The notes under the pieces: generated by a model
What the model saw: only the letters and a program-made list of their open reading frames with translations
Told to the model about the DNA's origin: nothing
Databases searched by the model: none
Program-made: the position numbers and the translations under genes
Assembly (NCBI GenBank): GCA_964371585.1
Contig: CAYJMD010000001.1
Coordinates: 97,709 to 161,708 of the forward strand
DNA length: 64,000 nt
DNA from: an uncultured Clostridiaceae bacterium
Lineage (GTDB): Bacteria > Bacillota > Clostridia > TANB77 > CAG-465
Direction: 5' to 3'
In this document: one piece after another, positions 56,954-64,000 of the stretch
Position numbering within the stretch: the stretch's first letter is position 1
How the letters are laid out: every line of letters starts with the position of its first letter

Positions 56954-59911
56954 ATGTATACAATAATTAGTGAGGTAGATAGAGAAAAAGGTAATTATGA
57001 AGATGTATTTATATACACTTTAAATGCCGGGTTTAGTGGAATAGCAGGTAGTGTTACTAAAGCAGAAATTAAAATGTTTATTCCAGATTTTCTAGATATA
57101 TATTTAGGAGATATTGAAAGCCCAATAAGAGACATAAGAGAAGAAGTCGTAGTAGGAGGTAAAGATGTAATATTTGATTTTGGTCAGTTAGACGATTTAG
57201 GAGTAAGTGTTAGAATTGGTTTTGGCGTTGTTTTTAAAACTACAACACCATCACTTACAACTTTTGATTTAACTTCAAGTATCTATATAAATGATACTTT
57301 AGAAACTGAATATACAAATACTCCTATCACACTTGAAGTGATTCCAAGATTTGAAATTTCAAGAGAAGTAGTACTTCCTACTATTGATCCAGCTCCAGGT
57401 TCAGAAGTGTACTTTAAAGTTACACTTGAAAATTTTAAAGATCTGGGCGCTAATATTAATAATGTAAGTATAGTATGTGAAAGTTTAGATGAACTTACTA
57501 TTGATCCTACATTTGAAATATCAGGTAAAGATGTTTCAAGTAAATTTGCAGACACTACTAGTGATGGAGTTTTAGGTCAAGTAGTAGATAATAGGGTAGA
57601 ATTTAACCTTACTTCGTACAAAGGAGAAAAATATGAATTTATATATAAAGCAGTTATAGATGATACTTTAGATATAGGAACAGAGCTTGTATCAACAGCT
57701 AATTGGAGTGTTGATTCTGTGGTAGATGTTCCAGATATTCATACAATAACATTAGGAGAGGAAGTAAGATCAGCAGTTATACCAGTATATGCTCCTGATT
57801 ATACACTTCAAGATGAACATATCGGATATGAATTTAATATAAGAAATACAGGTAATCAAATGTTAGAAACAGTTAGACTAATTGAGACACTTCCAGATGA
57901 TATTAATTACAATAGATTTGAAACGGGTATTTTCCATTTTTCAGGTATAAACTTAGCTATTGATACTGAGTATCAAATTGAGTATACAACTGTTCTTGGA
58001 ACAACTGATACTTTTGGTCCATTTAATACAAATACTAATAGCACAGTTGATTTAAATTTCCTACTTGATGCTGGAGATAATATTGCAACATTAGTATGGG
58101 AGTTACCTGCATTAAGAGTAGGTGTTGAAAGTAAAGTAGCACCTAAAATAGATGGTATAGTCAAATCAGATGTTACACTAGGATCTACTATATTAAACGA
58201 TTTAGAATTAAATTATATAGTAAATTCTTTACCTGTTACAGTTAGAAATACTAGAAGTACACTTGTGCAAAATGTATGTGTTCTTAATAATTCCTTTAAT
58301 CAAAATTTAAAAAATGTGCCAATTAATCCAGGGACAACTTTAAATTATCAAATTGGGGCGACATGTAGAGAATCTAGACTTTCTAATCCTATAATAGCAT
58401 TTATGCTTCCTAAAGAATTAGAATATGTTGGTAACGAAACAATTAATTATGTTGATTTCTTTGTTGATCCAGAAACTCCAATTTTACCACCAGCTGTAAT
58501 TATTCCAAATATAAATGCAAATGGTGATAGTATAGTTAAATTTGAATTTAAAGATGCATATGCATTTACTTTTAGACAAAAATCAAACTTTAATATTTCT
58601 TTTGATACTAGAGTTAAAATTGGTGCAACTGGAACATTTGAAACGTTTACAATTTTAAATACACTTGATGCTTCTGAAATAATACCAGATGAATCAGATA
58701 TTTATAGAGATTTAAATGATATTGCTGAAGATCCAAATGTATCTGAAGAATATGCAAAAAGTATAGTAAACTCAAATAGAATACTATTTTTTGTAAGTAC
58801 AAAAAGTAATAAAAAAGTAAAAGGATTGTTAGATATAGACTATGTAGAAGAACCAGCAGTTGCAAATACAACAGCAGGTGGAAGAATAGACTATAAAATA
58901 ACAATAACTAATATAGGAAATGTTGAACTCGAAGAAATAGAAATTGTAGATATATTACCACATTTAAATGATACAGCAGTATTATCATCTGGGATTTTAC
59001 GAGATAGTGATTATGGTATTTATACTATACAAGAAGTATCAGCTAAAATAATAAGAGAAGATTTAACAGAAGAAGTTAGTTTTGATATTTATTATTCTAA
59101 TAGTTTTGATCCTGTTAGATTTGGACCAACATTTAATGTTATAGGGACAGTTGATGATTGGACAAATGTAGCCCCAAGTGATTTAGTTAATATTAAAGCA
59201 TTTAAAGTAAAAACTAAAGATGTACAAATATTACCAAATGATATATTACAAATTGATGTAGTTGCTGTTGCTCCAGTTGGAACACCAACTTTAAGTGTAG
59301 CATGGAATTCATTTGCAGCAAATTCAGTATATAAAGATTTAGATGGAATAGCAACTAATTTACTTGCTATTGAACCTGAAAAAGTAGGAATAACAATTAA
59401 TGATACTCCTGCAGATAAAGGGGTAATAAATGGATATGCTTGGTTTGATACTAATAAAGATGGAATACCAGACGCATCAGAAATAGGATTAAATGATATC
59501 GGGATAATGCTTTTAACTGAAGATGGAACAATAAAAGACTATACATTTACAACACCAGATTTTTTAGGAATTAATGGTTATTATAGCTTTAATAATTTGG
59601 ATTATGGTAATTACACTTTAAGGTTCTTTAAAGATCCTAAATATGCATTTACTATGAAAAATACAGATGTTGAAAATGGAAGTAAAGTTAATCCAGCAAC
59701 TTCATTTACTGATGAATTTACAATTGATGCTACAACTAATGTTATAACTGCAAATGTTGGACTTGTTGAAAGAGCACAAATAGGTATAAAAAAATTACTA
59801 GAAGTTAATGAAAGTGCAAATCAAACTATGAAAAATATTATAAGAAATCAAATGTTAATTACTATGAAAACAGAAGATGCAGTAGAATTAATAAATATGG
59901 ATAAAGAATAA
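56954..59911 (+). CDS. large DUF11-type repeat protein with an SdrD-B-like domain and a C-terminal partner-homology tail; no signal peptide, no LPXTG
   Basis: At least four repeats of the conserved-repeat (DUF11) type: PGSEVYFKVTLENF..NNVSIVCESL, IGYEFNIRNTGNQMLETVRLIETLPDDI, PGTTLNYQIGATC..AFMLPKELEYV and GGRIDYKITITNIGNVELEEIEIVDILPH. SdrD-B/Cna-B-like segment INGYAWFDTNKDGIPDASEIGLNDIGIMLL...GYYSFNNLDYGNYTLRF (59423-59773). Tail at 59774-59908. Confidence 0.75.
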   Translation: MYTIISEVDREKGNYEDVFIYTLNAGFSGIAGSVTKAEIKMFIPDFLDIYLGDIESPIRDIREEVVVGGKDVIFDFGQLDDLGVSVRIGFGVVFKTTTPSLTTFDLTSSIYINDTLETEYTNTPITLEVIPRFEISREVVLPTIDPAPGSEVYFKVTLENFKDLGANINNVSIVCESLDELTIDPTFEISGKDVSSKFADTTSDGVLGQVVDNRVEFNLTSYKGEKYEFIYKAVIDDTLDIGTELVSTANWSVDSVVDVPDIHTITLGEEVRSAVIPVYAPDYTLQDEHIGYEFNIRNTGNQMLETVRLIETLPDDINYNRFETGIFHFSGINLAIDTEYQIEYTTVLGTTDTFGPFNTNTNSTVDLNFLLDAGDNIATLVWELPALRVGVESKVAPKIDGIVKSDVTLGSTILNDLELNYIVNSLPVTVRNTRSTLVQNVCVLNNSFNQNLKNVPINPGTTLNYQIGATCRESRLSNPIIAFMLPKELEYVGNETINYVDFFVDPETPILPPAVIIPNINANGDSIVKFEFKDAYAFTFRQKSNFNISFDTRVKIGATGTFETFTILNTLDASEIIPDESDIYRDLNDIAEDPNVSEEYAKSIVNSNRILFFVSTKSNKKVKGLLDIDYVEEPAVANTTAGGRIDYKITITNIGNVELEEIEIVDILPHLNDTAVLSSGILRDSDYGIYTIQEVSAKIIREDLTEEVSFDIYYSNSFDPVRFGPTFNVIGTVDDWTNVAPSDLVNIKAFKVKTKDVQILPNDILQIDVVAVAPVGTPTLSVAWNSFAANSVYKDLDGIATNLLAIEPEKVGITINDTPADKGVINGYAWFDTNKDGIPDASEIGLNDIGIMLLTEDGTIKDYTFTTPDFLGINGYYSFNNLDYGNYTLRFFKDPKYAFTMKNTDVENGSKVNPATSFTDEFTIDATTNVITANVGLVERAQIGIKKLLEVNESANQTMKNIIRNQMLITMKTEDAVELINMDKE

Positions 59912-59959
59912 TAGTTTAATAGTTAAAAATCAAAACCACAAGATACAAAAATTATAAAA

Positions 59960-59988
59960 AATAACACTGAAAATATTTCAGTGTTATT
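59960..59988. repeat. palindromic hairpin, copy 2 (bidirectional terminator-like)
   Basis: AATAACACTGAAA, ATA, TTTCAGTGTTATT. It differs from copy 1 only at 2 loop positions over about 32 nt. Confidence 0.8.
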
Positions 59989-60055
59989 CTATATGTTTAA
60001 GCTTTTTATTTTTATTTCCTATTTATTTTAAATCCTTATTTACATATTCTTTATT

Positions 60056-60274
60056 TTAGTCTCTTGCTCTAAGTGATATAGTGGTAGAAGAGCTTTTTTT
60101 TACATCTTTTTCTAAAATTTCTTTAAGAAGTTTTGAATTTTCATTTACGGCTTGTGTCATCTTTTTTAATTCTTCAAGAATAAGTCTATTTGTATTATCA
60201 GACTTATTTGCAGTTAGCTGAGATGTTAAATCTCTAAGTGCATAAATTAAAGATGAAGAAACGTCGTAATTCAT
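60056..60274 (-). CDS. small hypothetical protein (72 aa)
   Basis: AAAGGAGA RBS, helical, no TM helix. Has a strong promoter of its own. Confidence 0.5.
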   Translation of the reverse strand: MNYDVSSSLIYALRDLTSQLTANKSDNTNRLILEELKKMTQAVNENSKLLKEILEKDVKKSSSTTISLRARD

Positions 60275-60298
60275 AAATTTCTCCTTTCAAAATGGCAA

Positions 60299-60372
60299 TT
60301 ACAAATACATTATTTGTAACTTATAAAAAATAAATGTAAATATATTATATCATATAAATTATGTAAAGTCAA
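60299..60372 (-). promoter_or_regulatory. consensus sigma-A promoter plus a perfect 9-bp inverted repeat in the leader of the 72-aa gene
   Basis: The minus strand reads TTGACT (60372-60367), a 17-nt spacer ending in TGA, then TATAAT (60349-60344). Downstream is TTACAAATA-CAT-TATTTGTAA (60299-60319), between the start site and the RBS. Confidence 0.6.
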
Positions 60373-60377
60373 TTTGG

Positions 60378-60878
60378 TTATATAACATGTAATATGTTGT
60401 TATCATTTACTACATATAGTTTAAAGTTTTCATCTAAGTTTAAACCATTTATATTATCTTTTAATTTATTTACGCAGTAGATAGCTGTTTCTTCAAGAAA
60501 TAATTGTAAATCTTCTGGAAGACTCTCAGCTTCTAAAATACCATTTTGCATTTCTAATCCTAGTTCATCATAGTATCCTTCTGGAAGTGGCATAGTGGCA
60601 TCATATATATGATATATAATTGATCCAAAGAAATCCGTAAGATTTTCATTTTGTTTAAAATACTCATGAATATCGTCATTTAAACATCTAAGATCATTAA
60701 AACTAGTTGTTTGAGTATTATCATTTATAGTTTCAAATTTAAATGATATACCATAATCATGATCTGTATGTATGTCTAGTACTAATTTTGTAATAGGTGT
60801 ATTGGTATAAGTTTTTAAGTCATTAACTTTATTTATTAGTTCATTTAATAATAGATTTTGAATATTTATAAATTCCAT
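60378..60878 (-). CDS. hypothetical protein (166 aa)
   Basis: AAAAGAGG RBS. Acidic, no TM helix. No family recognised. Confidence 0.5.
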   Translation of the reverse strand: MEFINIQNLLLNELINKVNDLKTYTNTPITKLVLDIHTDHDYGISFKFETINDNTQTTSFNDLRCLNDDIHEYFKQNENLTDFFGSIIYHIYDATMPLPEGYYDELGLEMQNGILEAESLPEDLQLFLEETAIYCVNKLKDNINGLNLDENFKLYVVNDNNILHVI

Positions 60879-60979
60879 AGTTTACCTCTTTTTTCTCTAA
60901 ATAAAGTTAACCTTCACACAAATGAAGATTAACCGTATTACAGTATAGCATATTATGAAAAATAAAGCAACTAATTTTA

Positions 60980-62569
60980 TTATTTATTTTTCATATATAT
61001 TGTTTTGTTTTGTTCTTTAGTATTAATATCATAATCTAAAACTAAAAATTTATTTTCTTTCACTATTTTAAAATACTCACTATGATTAGAGTAGGGGATA
61101 TTTAAAATATTTTGAATATAGTAATTTATTTCTTTATTCATATCATATTTTGTATACATCCAGCTTTTAGTGCCTTTAAAATTATTAAAATAATCATAGC
61201 TAAGTAATTGGATAAGTATAGTATCATTATCAAACATATGGATTAAAGATTCATAAACATTATCATATGAAAGTGAATCTATAATATTATTATCAATAAA
61301 ATAAGTAGTTATAGTTTCAAATAAATTAAATGGGCTATGGAATTTAGTTAATAAATATTTAATACTCTCTTTAAATTTTAAGCTGTTATTTAAAAGTTCA
61401 AATACAATTTCAAATTTTTTAAGAAATGAAATCTCTTCAAAAGTTATATAATTATTTTTTAATATTTCAAAAGGAGAAAAATTGTTATATACATATCCAA
61501 ATTTTTCTATATCATTATATATGTGTGTTCCTTTTAAAATTTTTAAAAATCCAAGTTGCATTTCATCTGTATTTAGCTTATATAGTTCATTAAAAGAAGA
61601 TATGAAAGTAATTAAGTCTTCATGAGGTAAACCTATAATTAAATCACTATGAATAAATATATTTGTATCTTTAACTAGTTTTGTTATAATATCTTTTTCT
61701 TTATTGAAGCTATATGTTCTATTAATTGATTTTAAAGTTTGTCTATTAGTAGATTGAATACCAATTTCGAATCTAAAAACATTTTTAGGTACAGTTTTTA
61801 AAAACTCTAAAGTTTCACTATCAATAAGTTTTGCACATATTTCAAAATGAAATGTAGTACTTTTTCTATTTTTAAGTAAAAATGTCCATAAATCAATAGC
61901 TCTTTTTCTATCTGAATTAAATGTTCTATCAATAAATCTAATCTGTTTAACATCCGCATCTAGTAGTAGTTTTAAATCTTTTTTTACTAAATCTAAATTT
62001 CTATATCTTACAGTTTTATCTATACATGAAGTACAGTAGCTACAACTAAATGGACAACCTCTAGAAGTTTCAAAATATATAGGTCTATTACTACAATCTT
62101 TTATTAAATCCGCAGCTATAAATGGAACATCTAGTATATCTGTAGGAGTGTTGTATACTTCTTTTAAATGCTTATTAGTAACATCTTCTACAAGCTCTAT
62201 AATATTATTTTCACTTTCTAAAATCATAATACTATCAATGTATGGATGTTTATTTAAAATATCCTTATAATCATGTGATACTTCTGGGCCTCCTAAAGCT
62301 ATTATTATTGAAGGATTAATTTTTTTAATACTATCACACAATTTATATACAAGTTCATTATTCCAAATGTATACACCAAAACATAGCAAATCGGGTTTAG
62401 TAGAAATAATTGATTCTATTAATTTATTTATATTATCATTAACACTTAGTTGCATTACAGTAGAGTTTGATATATTAGATATTTTTTTATTTAAATAATA
62501 TGCAGCTATATTTGTATGAACAAATTTAGAATTTAAAGCTACAATGGTTACGTTTAATTTATTTTTCAT
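60980..62569 (-). CDS. B12-binding domain radical SAM protein (DUF4080-type C-terminus)
   Basis: N-terminal B12-binding-like Rossmann region (VTIVALNSKFVHTNIA...LCFGVYIWN). Radical SAM cluster motif SRGCPFSCSYC (CxxxCxxC). Long helical C-terminal extension. Confidence 0.8.
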   Translation of the reverse strand: MKNKLNVTIVALNSKFVHTNIAAYYLNKKISNISNSTVMQLSVNDNINKLIESIISTKPDLLCFGVYIWNNELVYKLCDSIKKINPSIIIALGGPEVSHDYKDILNKHPYIDSIMILESENNIIELVEDVTNKHLKEVYNTPTDILDVPFIAADLIKDCSNRPIYFETSRGCPFSCSYCTSCIDKTVRYRNLDLVKKDLKLLLDADVKQIRFIDRTFNSDRKRAIDLWTFLLKNRKSTTFHFEICAKLIDSETLEFLKTVPKNVFRFEIGIQSTNRQTLKSINRTYSFNKEKDIITKLVKDTNIFIHSDLIIGLPHEDLITFISSFNELYKLNTDEMQLGFLKILKGTHIYNDIEKFGYVYNNFSPFEILKNNYITFEEISFLKKFEIVFELLNNSLKFKESIKYLLTKFHSPFNLFETITTYFIDNNIIDSLSYDNVYESLIHMFDNDTILIQLLSYDYFNNFKGTKSWMYTKYDMNKEINYYIQNILNIPYSNHSEYFKIVKENKFLVLDYDINTKEQNKTIYMKNK

Positions 62570-62722
62570 AATAGACTCCTTTTAAGTTTAGTACTATTAT
62601 ATACTAATTATATTTAAAAGTAAAGGTAAGAGTAGGGAAGAAAGTGATATTTAAGTAACAAAAAACTACATAATCATAAGACTATGTAGTTTAAATAGTT
62701 ATTACTATAATTTATTTAAGTT

Positions 62723-63649
62723 TTATTGTTTATTTAAAAGTTCAGCTGCGCTACCTAGTGCACTAAACGCTTTTGATGTATCAAAAGGAATAAATACTTT
62801 GTTTGCTTGACCATCTGAAATTTTTTCTAAAGCTTCTAAAGATTTTAAAGCTACTAGATTTGCATTTGGTTTAGTTTCCATTATAGCAGTATATACAAGT
62901 TTAATTTCTTCAGCTTTTGCATCAGCAACTTTTCTTATTGCATCAGCGTTACCACTAGCTTGTAATACAGTAGATTCTCTTAAACCTTCAGCTCTTCTTA
63001 TGCTTGCTTCTTTATCAGCTTCAGCTTCTAATATAGCAGAAGCTTTTTTACCTTCAGCTAAAGTTATTTCAGCTTGACGTTTACCTTCAGCTTCTAATAT
63101 TTGAGCTCTTTTTGATCTTTCAGCATTCATTTGTTTTTCCATTGCATCACGAATGTCTACAGGTGGTTTAATATCTTTGATTTCAACTCTATCAATTTTA
63201 CATCCCCATCTATCTGTAGCATCATCAAGAACTTGTCTTAAGTGTGCATTTATTGATTCTCTAGAACTAAATGTACTATCTAAATCCATTTTACCAACGA
63301 TATCACGGATTGTAGTTATAGCTAGGTAACCAATACCTTTTTGAAGACTTTCAATTTCATATACAGCTTTCATTGGATCCATGATTTGATAGAACACAAC
63401 TGTATCTATTGTAATTGTTACATTGTCTTTTGTGATAACCCCTTGAGGTGGTATATCCATTGTTTGTTGTTTTAAGCTAACAACAGCTCTTACTTTATCT
63501 ACAAATGGAACGATAAAGTTTAGTCCTGCGTTTGCAGTTTTGTAATATTTACCGAATCTTTCGATAATATATACTTCAGCTTGTTTTACAACTTTAATTG
63601 TTGTCATTGCTATTATAGCAATAATTATTAAAATAATAATAAACTCCAT
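62723..63649 (-). CDS. SPFH/band-7 (stomatin-like) protein
   Basis: N-terminal TM helix. IIERFGKY, TKDNVTITIDTVVFYQI. Ala/Glu-rich coiled-coil tail. Confidence 0.88.
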   Translation of the reverse strand: MEFIIILIIIAIIAMTTIKVVKQAEVYIIERFGKYYKTANAGLNFIVPFVDKVRAVVSLKQQTMDIPPQGVITKDNVTITIDTVVFYQIMDPMKAVYEIESLQKGIGYLAITTIRDIVGKMDLDSTFSSRESINAHLRQVLDDATDRWGCKIDRVEIKDIKPPVDIRDAMEKQMNAERSKRAQILEAEGKRQAEITLAEGKKASAILEAEADKEASIRRAEGLRESTVLQASGNADAIRKVADAKAEEIKLVYTAIMETKPNANLVALKSLEALEKISDGQANKVFIPFDTSKAFSALGSAAELLNKQ

Positions 63650-63652
63650 AAA

Positions 63653-64000
63653 TTAATCCTCCAAAACTTTCTTCACTTTTACTTTTACTCCGGAAGTTGA
63701 AACAACTTCAACTTTAGTATCTACAGGAATTATTTCGTCAGTTTCATGTGTTGCTGACCAAACTTCACCTGCAACTTTAACTTGACCTTTGCAATTGATG
63801 TTATCAATCGCTTTTAGTACAACGCCTCTTTTTCCGATAACAGAATCGATATTTGTTGGTGTTGTAGTAGTCTTAACAAATTTTGCAAGCAACGGTTTTG
63901 TAAATATTATTAATATAATACTTAGAACTGCAAATACAGTAATCTGCACAGTTACAGAAAAACCTAGTATAGCTAAAATGAATGCTATAAAGGCAGCGAT
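63653..64000 (-). CDS. NfeD family membrane protein, 5'-partial (runs off the window)
   Basis: The frame stays open to base 64000 (IAAFIAFILAILGFSVTVQITVFAV...). The C-terminal OB-fold-like GKRGVVLKAI...GQVKVAGEVWSA is typical of NfeD encoded upstream of SPFH genes. Confidence 0.75.
   Translation of the reverse strand: MAAFIAFILAILGFSVTVQITVFAVLSIILIIFTKPLLAKFVKTTTTPTNIDSVIGKRGVVLKAIDNINCKGQVKVAGEVWSATHETDEIIPVDTKVEVVSTSGVKVKVKKVLED

Noticed and set aside
1-64000. Search by eye for CRISPR arrays, tRNA genes (GGTTCGAATCC-type T-arms), rRNA, IS-element terminal repeats and intact integrases or transposases.
   Set aside because: None found. The only recombinase is the truncated fragment at 2480-3268, and the only long direct repeats are the paralogous genes at 7941-12537 and the two hairpins at 55.1 and 59.9 kb.

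Overview
This is a 64-kb chromosomal segment from a very AT-rich, endospore-forming Firmicute. It looks Clostridia-like: spoIVA, a dcw cluster with a PASTA-type class B PBP and a SEDS protein, a T-box leader, and an archaeal-type AspRS. I saw no rRNA, tRNA, CRISPR array or intact transposase/integrase. Most genes are on the + strand and are housekeeping: rbgA, spoIVA, galE, SRP RNA-dnaX-ybaB-recR, murI, an OmpR/HK pair, tatD, a DEAD-box helicase, relA/spoT, tdk, ung and queA. Then come mraZ-rsmH-ftsL-PBP-murE-mraY-ftsW-murG-ftsQ, pgsA, trxA, rpmB(-), pyk(-), aspS, a DagK-like kinase, leuS, and on the - strand a radical SAM protein and SPFH-NfeD. Five loci fall outside this backbone. (i) Bases 1-3268 hold an Erm-like methyltransferase, a MalK-type ABC ATPase and a decapitated lipoprotein gene, fused to a 5'-truncated large serine recombinase; this looks like an island scar. 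(ii) Bases 7941-12537 hold three tandem paralogues with a prepilin-like N-terminus lacking Glu5 and a LamG-like C-terminal domain. (iii) Bases 46494-48073 hold a T-box whose specifier I read as AAC (Asn) in front of an archaeal-type AspRS. (iv) Bases 50342-52284 hold a VbhA-like antitoxin, a Fic protein and a dGTPase-like HD protein, packed with zero or overlapping spacing. (v) Bases 55102-59988 hold a 4.9-kb module bounded by two near-identical palindromic hairpins. It encodes a small protein behind a sigma-K-like promoter, a coiled-coil protein and a 985-aa signal-peptide-less DUF11/SdrD-B repeat protein whose C-terminal 45 aa are homologous to the small protein. My best candidates for an undescribed system are (v), a putative spore-surface module, and (ii). 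All calls come from reading motifs by eye. No searches or computations were run, and the composition statements are visual impressions.
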